Assembly: GCF_001194135.2 (NCBI RefSeq)
Contig: NC_068984.1
Location: 75,823,937-75,882,482 of the forward strand
Direction of reading: 5' to 3'
Source of the DNA: Octopus bimaculoides
Lineage: Eukaryota
Length of the DNA stretch: 58,546 bases
Below the pieces are notes generated by a model. The model was not told the origin of the DNA. It made no database searches and saw only the letters and a program-made list of their open reading frames with translations. Positions 38,282-49,829 of the stretch are shown piece by piece. The first letter of the stretch is position 1. Each line of letters begins with the position of its first letter. Made by a program: the position numbers and the translations under genes.

Positions 38282-38359
38282 ATCAGAATGGCTGGGTGTA
38301 CTAAAGTGCTGAATCACAGTCGTATGTTCTGGACGTGGGTTCGAAACTCACTTCTGACA
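38282..38359 (+). pseudogene. tRNA-Leu pseudogene lacking the anticodon loop
   Basis: ATCAGAATGGCTGGGTGTACTAAAGTGCTG..TCACAGTC...GACGTGGGTTCGAAACTCACTTCTGACA aligns to 43033-43116 with a ~6-nt deletion across the anticodon; a T run follows. Confidence 0.8.
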
Positions 38360-38419
38360 ACAAGGGACTTTTTTTTTTCACACCACGAAGGTATTTCGGA
38401 AAGTCATAAATCATAACCA

Positions 38420-38590
38420 ATTTCATTTCTTCCGGTTTTACGTTCTGAATTCAAATTCCATTCAAGTCGACTTGGATTTTCATCTTTTAGGCGTCGAAAA
38501 ATAAGTATCATTTGAGTACTGGGATCGATGTAATTGACTAACCCACTCCCTCGCCCCAAATTCCGGGCTTTGTGCCTATAGTAGAAAGAA
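38420..38590 (+). mobile_element. SINE family A
   Basis: TTTACGTTCTGAATTCAAATTCC...AGTCGACTTGG...GTACTGGGATCGATGTAATTGAC...TTTGTGCCTATAGTAGAAAG. Confidence 0.8.
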
Positions 38591-38763
38591 TTTGTGGGTC
38601 TAGTTGGTTTGGCTGCCAGCACCAATTCTGTTCGAATTGATTTCATATTCAGTGTAATGATACACTTTTATTGTCTAATGAATGACGTGAAAATCATTTT
38701 CGCTATAAATCAACAAAGAAAGAGTTAGTAGCAATAAAAGTTTGAAGATTTCGGTAATTTTAG

Positions 38764-38808
38764 CCAATCGTAATCCACAAACACAATCATGCCTGTTTCC
38801 ATAGTAAC
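38764..38808. promoter_or_regulatory. CCAAT box plus RFX X-box-like motif
   Basis: AGCCAATC at 38762-69 and GTTTCCATAGTAAC at 38795-38808 fit the GTNRCCATRGYAAC-type consensus; motif match only. Confidence 0.3.
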
Positions 38809-40134
38809 AAGCGGAACCTGAGAACTCTTTTGTCTGCGAGAAAGCACCTGTTGACAAATACATTGAAACCACTTGTTTTACCAATCTGTTAACAATTGAG
38901 CACGTGAATTTATGAACTAGTCAGTAAAATGTTTGTTTCTTTAAAATATTTAATTTGTAACGTGTTATTCATCGTATTTGCATTAAATGCCTTTTGAATG
39001 CTCAAAACTACTCGCTTACTCGTTTCTTTTTGTCATTGAGGTGGTTGTGAAATGTGCTAAAAATAACAGGTAAATAACGTTTTTTGGATAAATCTTTTAA
39101 GTTCGTGCTATCGCATTAAATGCATATTGAATGCTTCAAACTAAAAAAACACGTGTTGTTTACACATATTGACAGCACGTGCTACTTTCAGGATATTGAC
39201 GACAAAATGTGCAGTCACGCATAAAATGACAGCTTCTAAATCCTGTTTCCTGACTGGGTGAAAATGATCAAACTTTAAACCTGTATAACTTTTTAAAAGC
39301 ATTTTTTCTGGAAAAAGTGAAATAACTCCAGCAATTCAGCTGGGAAAAGCATATTATTGTGCCAAATTTTAAAATTTTCGATAAACTTTTAATTTTTGAA
39401 ATGCTGGCAGTCAAACTAACTAGATCCAAACTTCTCACTATATATCAAAATGAGATCCCCTTATTGTACACAGTTTCCTTAAATAACTTGCCCCCTTTAC
39501 TCTGTATTTGATAGTTTGCTACCATAGCGACATCAGTTTCCTTGTCTACATTTTCTTTCATTCGAAAGAGGGAAAAAGTCCAAGGAACTCACTCTCTTTT
39601 TATAACACTCTCCTGTTGATGCAGACAATCAACAGTTAGCTCGAAGCCCTATGATTTTAATTACCTCATGTGAAAGTGAGAATACACTCATAAAAAAGTA
39701 TAGTGCAATTTCGTTATGCACTCCCAATTTAATGCGAAGTCGGGAAAACACAATAATGAGTAAGTGAAGGAAGAAGGGAATTATTTTTTAATATTTATTT
39801 TTTCCGGAACATGAAAAGTTTTTTTGTTTTATTTTTGGTTGTTATTGTTGTTGTTGTTGTTGTTGTTGTTTTGTTTTGTTTTGTTTTGCTTTGATGACTT
39901 AATTTCTTAGTTCTCCCTTTTTTCCCCCCCAGATCAAAAAGGCACAAGCCGCGAGAGAAAGAAACTCTAGGTTCTGTGTTTTCATGATAAGTTGTTTTTC
40001 TTCTTTTCCACGACTCATCACAATATAACCTAGGTAGGAAATGCCTTGGATCATTGGGTTGTGTAAGATGGTTATTGAAAGTTATCGATGACCGTTGAAG
40101 TTATTGATGGATGTTAATGGTTATTGACTGTTAA

Positions 40135-40204
<70 letters not shown>

Positions 40205-40386
40205 TCTTTTTTTTTTGTTTGTTTTGTTCATTAAACGTGGTAACAAAAAATACTTTCTGACGTTTAATTATGTCTCTTAATGTTCTGAGTTCATATAACG
40301 CCGGAGTCGATAAAATTAATTCCCATCCAGTAAAATATCATGGAGAGTTTTAACCAGCAGTCGGTGTGCATAAATATGTCTCCTCC

Positions 40387-40482
<96 letters not shown>

Positions 40483-40525
40483 TTTTTAAAAGGATTGACG
40501 TAACTCTTCACAAAGGTAAACAGTC

Positions 40526-40583
40526 AAGACGAAGAGCGCGATTCGATTGTATAGATATTTTATTATTATTATTATTATTTATA

Positions 40584-40655
<72 letters not shown>

Positions 40656-41395
40656 GACGAAGAGCGCGATTCGATTGTAAGATATTTTATTAGTTGAACG
40701 ATATTTCAACAGTAAGTCTGTCTTTGTCAAGTTCAAAATAAGAAGTGATAACAATTCAAAATTACAGAAATTTAAACGTAACGTATGGACGAGAGCAACC
40801 AGCGTCCACACGCTGATGGAATGACATCATCAGTTTTTAAGTTACAATTTTATAACAGGCAAAAAGAAAAAGACAGAAAAAACTAGAAAAAAGAAGACGA
40901 CAGAAAAAAAGGGAATAAAAAGAGAGAAAGAAGAATATTCAATCAAACAGTTTTGTATAAATTTGATTATATTCTCCTGTCATCTTATTCATTCATCCAA
41001 GGAGTGATGTTAATAACCCGCAAACATATTTCTCCTCATACATTCTGAGAAGTGAAAGTGGGACAGATTCAGAATATTTTCTGATAATATGCACTTTCAA
41101 GTCTTCTTCNNNNNNNNNNAGAAGTGAAAGTGGGACAGATTCAGAATATTTTCTGATAATATGCACTTTCAAGTCTTCTTCAAAATTGCAGCCGCTTGAA
41201 ACGAAATGTTCAGCAAGTTCTCTCGAACTACTGTTATTGTGCCTGACGTCGAATCTATGCCCATTAAACCTTTTGTTTAATCGTTCTGTTGTACAACCAA
41301 CATAAATTAAGTTGTTTCGTGCATTCTGCAGCGTACACCAAATGGGAATCTTTACATGTTCCACCTTCTGTATAAATCATAACATTTCTGTTATG
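40526..41395 (-). mobile_element. Penelope-like element 3' part: GIY-YIG endonuclease plus pLTR-like 3' region
   Basis: TCKDSHLVYAAECT..NLIYVGCTTERLNKRFNGHR...ELAEHF...EEKYV (GIY-YIG bipartite motif); followed by a pyrimidine-rich tract, a hammerhead motif, AATAAA and a duplicated 39-bp terminal piece (40526-40565, 40654-40692). The 5' end runs into an N gap. Confidence 0.85.
40694..40736 (-). ncRNA. Minimal type-I hammerhead ribozyme motif with U3-A8 core
   Basis: TTGAAC-TTGACAA-A-GACAG(ACTTA)CTGTT-GAAA-TA-TC-GTTCAA: perfect 6-bp stem I, 5-bp stem II (G-U closing pair), palindromic ATAT stem III, AUC triplet. Confidence 0.75.
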
Positions 41396-42080
41396 NNNNN
41401 NNNNNNNNNNNNNNNNNNNNNNNNNNNNNNNNNNNNNNNNNNNNNNNNNNNNNNNNNNNNNNNNNNNNNNNNNNNNNNNNNNNNNNNNNNNNNNNNNNNN
41501 NNNNNNNNNNNNNNNNNNNNNNNNNNNNNNNNNNNNNNNNNNNNNNNNNNNNNNNNNNNNNNNNNNNNNNNNNNNNNNNNNNNNNNNNNNNNNNNNNNNN
41601 NNNNNNNNNNNNNNNNNNNNNNNNNNNNNNNNNNNNNNNNNNNNNNNNNNNNNNNNNNNNNNNNNNNNNNNNNNNNNNNNNNNNNNNNNNNNNNNNNNNN
41701 NNNNNNNNNNNNNNNNNNNNNNNNNNNNNNNNNNNNNNNNNNNNNNNNNNNNNNNNNNNNNNNNNNNNNNNNNNNNNNNNNNNNNNNNNNNNNNNNNNNN
41801 NNNNNNNNNNNNNNNNNNNNNNNNNNNNNNNNNNNNNNNNNNNNNNNNNNNNNNNNNNNNNNNNNNNNNNNNNNNNNNNNNNNNNNNNNNNNNNNNNNNN
41901 NNNNNNNNNNNNNNNNNNNNNNNNNNNNNNNNNNNNNNNNNNNNNNNNNNNNNNNNNNNNNNNNNNNNNNNNNNNNNNNNNNNNNNNNNNNNNNNNNNNN
42001 NNNNNNNNNNNNNNNNNNNNNNNNNNNNNNNNNNNNNNNNNNNNNNNNNNNNNNNNNNNNNNNNNNNNNNNNNNNNNNNN

Positions 42081-42794
42081 NAAGAACAAGCACTAAGAAC
42101 AAACTACATAAAATACAGAATAGACAACACAGCAAAAAGCGATAAGTGCAGAACCTGTAGAGAAAACGATGAAGCCGTATGGCATATTACCAGCCAATGT
42201 ATGTCACTAGCCCAGAAGAAATATGAGAGACGCTACGACAATATAGCCAGGCTTGTCCAGTGGACACTTTGCAACAAGTATGGACTTGATAGAGCAAAAA
42301 ATTGGTACGACCACAAACCTGAAGGCATCGTTGAAAATGGAAATGCAAAGATCCTATGGGATTTTATGATTCAGTGCGACCAAGAGATAGAGGATAGGAA
42401 GCCGGACATAGTCTTAATTGAGAAAGAAAACAAACTATGCTGGATCATAGATATAGCATGCCCAGCTGACAACAAGGTATGCGATAAGGAAGAAAGAAAG
42501 TCCAGAGATATGACAGGTTAGCTTGGGAAGTTAAGCAGTTGTGATCGATGAAAAAGGTAGCAGTAGTACCAATAATTGTTGGAGCCCTGGAAACAGTGAG
42601 TAAAAATCTCGAGAAGTACGTGGAACAAATGGGGGGGGTGCAATAAGGGTGGAGCACTTGCAGAAAACAGCACTGCTTGGAACCACTCGAATACTCCGGA
42701 AGATGCTCGAAAAATAAGAGGTGTTACCTTAGTTCACTGGTAGTGAACAAATGACACTGTAATACATCTCCAGCGTTAGAAGATGTGCAAAGGC
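42081..42794 (+). mobile_element. Third R4/Dong-type 3' fragment (CCHC plus RLE)
   Basis: EQALRTNY..KCRTCRENDEAVWHITSQC (CCHC), KILWDFMIQCD..RKPDIVLIEKENKLCWIIDIACP (PD..D), VPIIVGALETVS, LQKTALLGTTRILRKML; stop at 42715-17, then (AAT)n from 42795. The 5' end is in an N gap. Confidence 0.92.
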
Positions 42795-42835
<41 letters not shown>

Positions 42836-42882
42836 AACCACCACCACCACCACCACTACTACTACATACATACATACATACA

Positions 42883-42915
<33 letters not shown>

Positions 42916-43032
42916 TCATTCATACATAGACAGTTATGGATGCATAAACATTGACAGCGTCACATTCAGCGTATCAGTGTTAGATTATATTGTCAATAAT
43001 AAGCAAAAAGAAGAAAGATGCAGCTTGTATTA

Positions 43033-43116
43033 GTCAGGATGGCTGAGCGGTCTAAGGCGCTGCGTTCAGGTCGCAGTCAGGTTTTCCCGACGTGGGTTCG
43101 AATCCCACTTCTGACA
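43033..43116 (+). tRNA. tRNA-Leu(CAG)
   Basis: GTCAGGA/TTCTGAC acceptor stem, GCTGAGCGGTCTAAGGC D arm, CTGCG-TTCAGGT-CGCAG anticodon arm, long variable arm (one mismatch), GTGGG-TTCGAAT-CCCAC T arm, discriminator A. Confidence 0.92.
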
Positions 43117-43129
43117 ATTCGTTAAAGTA

Positions 43130-43137
43130 TTTTTTTT
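43130..43137 (+). terminator. Pol III oligo-T terminator of tRNA-Leu
   Basis: T8 run 14 nt downstream of the tRNA. Confidence 0.75.
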
Positions 43138-43454
43138 ATTTCCAGCTGCCTGTCGTTTGTGTGAAAACGAAACCTACTATTATATTCTGGATTTTCTCCT
43201 TTTTTTTTAAAACTCAAGATAATCGAAATTTCTTAGTTTAGATTGTTGTTGTTGTTGGTTGATAATTGGTAATTACTAATACATTGATTCCTCTACAGAT
43301 GATTAATACCTTTTTGATGTGTTAGTAACTTCATGTTCATGATAATTTTTTTCCGCACAACAGTTATGCAGTTGATTTATATTTCTGGAGACTATTATTA
43401 GATTCTATGTTTGAGATGGTCAAAGAGGTGAATAGTCAAATCGGACATTCTGGA

Positions 43455-43653
43455 AATATTGATTTCGAGTTTTGGCACAAAGCCAGAAGTTTTCGGGGAG
43501 GGGATAAGTGGTACTCATCTTATTGATTCCGAAAGGATGAAAGATAAAGTTGACCTCGGCGAAATTTGAACTCAGAACATAAGGATGGACGAAATGCCGC
43601 AAAGCATTTTACGCGATGTACTGACGATTCTTAATCACCGTCTTAATCACCTT
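43455..43653 (-). mobile_element. SINE family A (left member of second head-to-head pair)
   Basis: GGCACAAAGCCAG...GGATGAAAGATAAAGTTGACCTCGGCGAAATTTGAACTCAGAAC...CTGACGATTC. Confidence 0.85.
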
Positions 43654-43672
43654 GCATATTACTAGAAAGTTC

Positions 43673-43905
43673 AAGGCGGCGAGCTGGCAGAGTCGTCAGT
43701 ACATCGGGCAACATTCTGTGCGGCAAAATACTTAGCTGCATTTCGCTCGTCCTTGTGTTCTGAGTCCATATTCCACCGAGGTTGACTTTGTTTTCCATCC
43801 TTTGGGGCTCGGAAAAATGAGTACCGGTTGAGCGCTGGGATCGATGTAATCGACTTGCGCCTGCCCTCGAAATTGCGAGCCTTGTGCTAAAATTTGAAAC
43901 CAATA
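43673..43905 (+). mobile_element. SINE family A (right member of second head-to-head pair)
   Basis: AAGGCGGCGAGCTGGCAGAGTCGTCAG...GAGGTTGACTTTG...GCCTTGTGCTAAAATTTGAAACCAATAT. Confidence 0.9.
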
Positions 43906-44053
43906 TGCAGTGTAATTCAGAAGTCCCTTTATCATTTACATGATATTTAAAACTTATTTGCAATGATTTTTTTTTTTTTTTAATAATTTTGATATCTTTG
44001 ATATTTTCTCGTGAATGTTTTTTTATATGCACACGCACACACACACATATATA

Positions 44054-44186
<133 letters not shown>

Positions 44187-45109
44187 ATATAGTTTAGATG
44201 AGAGTGTTCATCATCCTAAAAATGACACAATATAACGGTGACCCTGTCCAGTTGTCATGGCATATCTTGTTCAGCTACCCGAGGTGATCTAGGCACTTGG
44301 CAGTATGAATTATAACAGGGCAGGCTATTCTGAATCCCTGAGCTATGTCAGTCAACGAGTGGGACTGGAATCAGGGATGCGGCTAATAAATGAAAGAAGG
44401 TTTGTTATGTTCTTGTTTTTGTTTTTCGTTTTTTGTGGAGAGAAAGTGAGAGGGGCGATATAGAGATAGGGAGGCGGCTTACGAGACATATACTGAGAAA
44501 TCCAATTGGCCTCAACTCAGCTGTTAGGCTGTTTATATTAATGCTAAAGAAACTTATGTATTACTTTGTCTATAAAAATATTGCTGTGTCATCAGATATC
44601 ATAAAAAGTCATTGACTGCGGGAGACTATTTTTATTGATATGTATATTAAATAACTCGGCGTTATTTCGGTGCCAGATTAATCTACCAACAAAAGAAGCC
44701 TATATTACGAGCGCCATAATTTCAGGGTCTCCACATTTTCAGGAACCTTGAGCTAAGTGTATTATTACAATAGTGTTATACTACCTTCAGATATAATAAA
44801 TAGTTGGCTTTTAAAGATTGATCCGATACTCGAACTAATTCCGATATCCAATTCACTTTAAAGTAGATAAATTACAATAATCAAATGGAATGGCAACGCT
44901 AAATAGGGAGACATACTTTATTTTTGTTAGCGGTTAATTAATAGACTCGAGTTGTTATATCTCTTCTTCGAAGCATTAACTTCGTTAATGTCAGAACACA
45001 GAAACGAATTTCTGTTACATTAAGGTTTTGTATCAGGAGAGAATATTTGGCGTGTGTATTTTAGTTGCCAAGGTAACACAGTGGGGTGTGTCTGTGTATA
45101 TGTATCTTT

Positions 45110-45295
45110 TATCTTTTATCTTTTACTTGTTTCAGTCATCTGACTGCGGCCATGCTGGAGCACCGCCTCGAAGGGTTTTAGTCGAACAAATCCATCCCAG
45201 TACTTTTTTTCCATTGCCAAACCGCAAAGTTACGGGGACGTAGACGCACCAACACCAGCTGTTAAGTGATGGTGGGGGGGAAAAACACAGACACA
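45110..45295 (-). mobile_element. SINE family B, 3' part
   Basis: TTTTACTTGTTTCAGTCATCTGACTGCGGCCATGCTGGAGCACCGCC...GCCAAACCGCAAAGTTACGGGGACG. Confidence 0.8.
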
Positions 45296-45303
45296 ATGAT
45301 ACA

Positions 45304-45341
<38 letters not shown>

Positions 45342-45806
45342 NNNNNNNNNNNNNNNNNNNNNNNNNNNNNNNNNNNNNNNNNNNNNNNNNNNNNNNNNNN
45401 NNNNNNNNNNNNNNNNNNNNNNNNNNNNNNNNNNNNNNNNNNNNNNNNNNNNNNNNNNNNNNNNNNNNNNNNNNNNNNNNNNNNNNNNNNNNNNNNNNNN
45501 NNNNNNNNNNNNNNNNNNNNNNNNNNNNNNNNNNNNNNNNNNNNNNNNNNNNNNNNNNNNNNNNNNNNNNNNNNNNNNNNNNNNNNNNNNNNNNNNNNNN
45601 NNNNNNNNNNNNNNNNNNNNNNNNNNNNNNNNNNNNNNNNNNNNNNNNNNNNNNNNNNNNNNNNNNNNNNNNNATATATATATATATATATTCGGTGCAG
45701 ATTGCATCGAATAACTAGCGAGAGAAGGCGTCCTCCTGGGATTAAAGGGATAGTAACATTGGTTCCTACGGAACAACCATGTTGAAGTGACGAAAACCAT
45801 TACTTC

Positions 45807-45850
<44 letters not shown>

Positions 45851-46299
45851 CGCGCACCTCTGTGTATACATACATATACGTACCTACATGCATACATACG
45901 TACATTTAGATGCACACATACACATACACACACACATTCAAATATATACATACATTCGTACATGCATATCTGCATGTTTATGTTTGCAGAGAAAGAATCC
46001 ACCCAGTCAAATTCGTCCTATAATTCCCCACGTCTAAACCGTCGCCTAAACATAACGTGTCAAAAACGTCCATTAGACAGTAAGAATGAAGATATGTGCA
46101 AAATAAAGAGTGGAACTCATGTATTCATTTAAATTAATCCACCATCCATACTACCTGATCTATTATACATTCTCTCTTCACACATCCAGGTGGTTCTATA
46201 TAAAATTAATTATCATACGATATCCCAGTGAAATTCACAGCTAGCAAACCAATGTCAACTACCACCTCTTGATAGTTCATTTATATACATTGGTCTGTG

Positions 46300-46385
46300 G
46301 AGGCGCAATGGCCCAGTGGTTAGGGCAGCGGACTCGCGGTCGTAGGATCGCGGTTTCGATTCCCAGACCGGGCGTTGTGAGTGTT
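46300..46385 (+). mobile_element. tRNA-derived SINE family C head (not a true tRNA)
   Basis: GAGGCGCAATGGCCCAGTGGTTAGGGCAGCGGACTCGCGGTCGTAGGATCGCGGTTTCGATTCCCAGACCGGGCG: A and B boxes present, but no 7-bp acceptor stem. Confidence 0.7.
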
Positions 46386-48822
46386 TGAGAAACTGGAATT
46401 CACAGGAGGGTAGAACATGCTAAAAAAAGCTGCTTTATTGAGGACAGCGAGGATTTTGAGGCTGGTACTTGGGTGTTGAGTATCTTCCACGATATTAAAC
46501 ATCTAAGTACCAAATCTTATAATTCATAGAGGGAGACCCCGTGAGACATTTGACAACAGGTTGATGTCTGCTCTCACAGGCTTAACCGCAGAAAGATCGA
46601 GAACTCTCAGGAGTAAAATTTAATAGTAATAACTATTAGTCTATTTCATGAAAGTTTGTGTTGTATCATTTGTTTCTCAGAGACATAAATATATTTCGTC
46701 GTCCTGTACCTACTATTACTGCTGCTACTGCCAGTACCGTCTTAAAGCATGGACATACTGGGTAGTGGCCTGGGGGGCGGGGTCTCACGGTTCTAGAGTT
46801 CCAGTTATGATCTATGTGTACTGTCGCTACTGTTAATAAATATTATTATAGAGTCCAGTGTATTGATTTGCCCAAGGGTTCTTAATGTTGCTAAGGCAGC
46901 CTTGGTTATTGTTGTAGCAACAAACATAGACATGCAAACAGAAACACATTAAGATACTATAATATCGAGTTTATCACTGCTATATCATTGATAAAAGACA
47001 GAAATAAGTCAATTGTTTTAACAGTCAGCCTGGTCGATTAGTATAAGTTATTAAGCACGTCCAGATCACACGCGAGTTTTCCTGGCAGCGACTTGATTTT
47101 CTCCCCTTTTCATACCTTTAGCAAAGTCATAAATCTTACACAAACTCGCGACACCAGTATCTGTTCTGTATATCGCTAGCCGGAAGATGAGTAGCTGCTA
47201 TATCTAGCGGTCGAGCATCCATCATGGATGAGATCGAGGAAGGTCGAAATTGTGTGATCTGGTGGTCTCGGCGCTGGAGTTAGTGGGGATTTATCCCCCC
47301 GCTTGCAATATAAACAAGCGTGCATTTTACACCAAATTCCCATATGAGAATATTTCTCATGTCAACTACCGCAAATTTGTTCTAACAGAACATCCACGTT
47401 TAAGCGGAGATAAATATTACCTTTCAGTATTAATATTGCCTCTGTCGCTGATATATAAATCTCAGACAATTTTATTTTCTACCATCCACATACATTTGTT
47501 ACCTTATTTACCTAATTTCAAAATGAGATCACCCTATTTGCTATACGTATTCTCCTTAAATTCTATTTTTTCATTCCTCTAATTTTCAAAATTTAAATAA
47601 CCAAGATGAAGCATCACTTTGGTCATTAATGGTTATTGATTATTTCTAATAGTTATTCAAGTTATTGATTATTGCTAATAGTTATTGAAGTTATTGATGA
47701 CAGCTAATAGTTAACGAAGGCATTGATGACTGTTAATAGTTACTCTCTGTTTATAAATTGTTTATTTGCTTTTTATAAAGTTAATTGTTGTTTATGATGT
47801 TCTGTAACGTTTAGCTTTTCACCGAGTAAAGAACTAACCTCTGCACCACAAGACAATTAATCACATATTAATCCCACAGAACCGCTTCTGTTATTACCAG
47901 CAGTGGTTTAAAAATAGCGCATGTTACCTGATTATATTTGAGTGGACTCAACCAGTGAAAATTAATGATTTTGGTGATAGATGACACACACTACTGCTAA
48001 TAGAATATGAAACAACGATCTGTCATTTACTCATTTTATCCACCCATCCATCTTCTCTGCCCACTAGGACTGTTGCCGCTTGAATTAGTCTGAAGTATCC
48101 GCGTTGCGATTCTTTCTTGCGACATACTAATCACGTATCCATAGTACCGGAGCTGTGACACCTCGATGAGGAGAAGCAACAGCTCGACCTGGAGAGACTA
48201 CCTGATCACCAAGCTACATACCCTGTTGAATAAAGTTACTCCAGAGATCCCGTTATAGGATTAAAATAAACATCTAATGAATTCTCATATATTCTATCGA
48301 CTGTCATTCAGTTTTCCCTGCATCCGCTTTTCTCCCATGTACTCCACAGACTGACTTGCTCGTATTAAAATAAGGATTAATGCTATTTTTAACATAAAGA
48401 GATCTATGAAAGTCTTACAAAATTCAGTGATAGCCTCGCCCTTTGTCGAAATCTGTCGCCAAAGTAGCAAACACCATCATATTTATTTGTTTTTATTCTT
48501 CGTTTTCATTCCTCGTTACGCGACAAATTGCCAGAAGTTGGCAGCAGAGTAGTTCATTCAAATGTTCTTCAGACAGATTGGCATAAGTGACTCACCAACA
48601 TTCTCCCATTTATGGGTCATAGTTGTGCGGTGCCTCCACCAAACACTTTCTTTTTCTACCGTTATGACAGTGATCTCTGTTCCTCAAATTGTCTGTCCTC
48701 GTGTCACCTTTACTCAAGTACACTCGACTCATCTGTTTCTCGTCACCTACATCTTTGGCTCTCTACTAATAAATACATCCAGACCTTACTCCCCAAAATG
48801 TCAGCTTCTGATATTGTTTCCG

Positions 48823-49459
48823 GGATCTATTTCAAAACGGGGGCACCAGTATTTTCTTAACGAAACACTAACGAAACACTTTGAAACTTGGGACACTGGT
48901 AGAATGTGTCATATAAAACATCTTTTACTCTTAGTCTTCTTAACAAAAAAACGTACATCGCAAGTTATTCCATGTTAAAGTTGTCGTATTTCTGTAATTT
49001 CAACCAATCACTGACGTCTATTCAGCTCAATAGAGTTTCTGCTGGGCGGTCATAAAAATGTTATTCCCTGTGACATATTTCATCCGGTTTAATCGTAATT
49101 TATACGCATACATTGTTTATATAATAAATTACGCTGTGCGTATCTATGTGTGTAACAATTTTAGAGTTCGGATTCTAGAGTTAGGGTTAGGGTTAGGGTT
49201 AACAGTCTAGTTAGGGTTAGGGGATTAATACGATATACACCGTTACAGCGCTAACTGTTTTCAACTGAATAGACGTCAGTGATTAGTAGAAATTATCGAA
49301 ATAAGACAATTTTTTACATGAAATAAATTCGAATACAAAAATTTTTTTCTGTTCTATAACACAAAATAGATAAGTATACGAAGTTTGAAAGTCTTTCGGT
49401 ACCAAAAACACTACATAAAACATAAATGAAAACTGGTGCCCCTGTTTTGAAATAGATCC
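48823..49459. mobile_element. Merlin-like MITE with internal telomeric repeats (copy 2, opposite orientation)
   Basis: Same TIR; 8-bp TSD TGTTTCCG (48815-22, 49460-67); (TTAGGG)3+(TTAGGG)2 at 49181-49222; carries an extra ~90-bp segment absent from copy 1. Confidence 0.92.
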
Positions 49460-49829
49460 TGTTTCCGAGCCCATGTTTCTCAAGCAGTTGAAGAACAACA
49501 ACAATCGCATCGATCTCACTGGTGTGCGCCTGCAAAGACTATGGATACAATCCATTTGTCCCGATGAATAAATTTTAAAGAATTAAATGAATGCTATGTC
49601 AGCTTCGACATAGGAGTGGACACAACATGAGAGATGAGAGGAGAAAAAGACAAGAATGTCGAAACTGCTTGAATGGATGTGGCATGTAAGTGAAGTAGTC
49701 ATTATGCTAACAGAGAGAAAAGGCAGAGAGAGGAGACATTATAGTATCTAATGATCATTGAAAAGACAGGATAGTCACGGCTGGAGTATATTCGGCCGTA
49801 GGTCTGCTCGATCAAAGGCTAATTAACAA

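Noticed and set aside
40515-40692. 39-bp direct repeats separated by (ATT)n, superficially CRISPR-like
   Set aside because: Only two units in eukaryotic DNA, at the end of a Penelope element where terminal duplications are expected.
41040-41180. Apparent tandem duplication inside the GIY-YIG ORF (EEDLKVHIIRKYSESVPLSL twice)
   Set aside because: The two identical copies flank a 10-N gap; most likely an unmerged contig overlap, not biology.
44334-44378. Hairpin ATCCCTGA...CAGTC/GACTG...TCAGGGAT before AATAAA (SECIS-like?)
   Set aside because: No UGA/GA quartet, and helix II is too short for a SECIS; a single-copy hairpin of this size can be chance.
46300-46385. Possible tRNA-Arg gene
   Set aside because: No acceptor stem pairing; the sequence continues as a SINE body like the copy at 31838.
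48155-48235. CTCGATGAG-GAG...CTC-GACC followed by AATAAA
   Set aside because: GAAA is absent and the core is interrupted; at most a very old pLTR relic.
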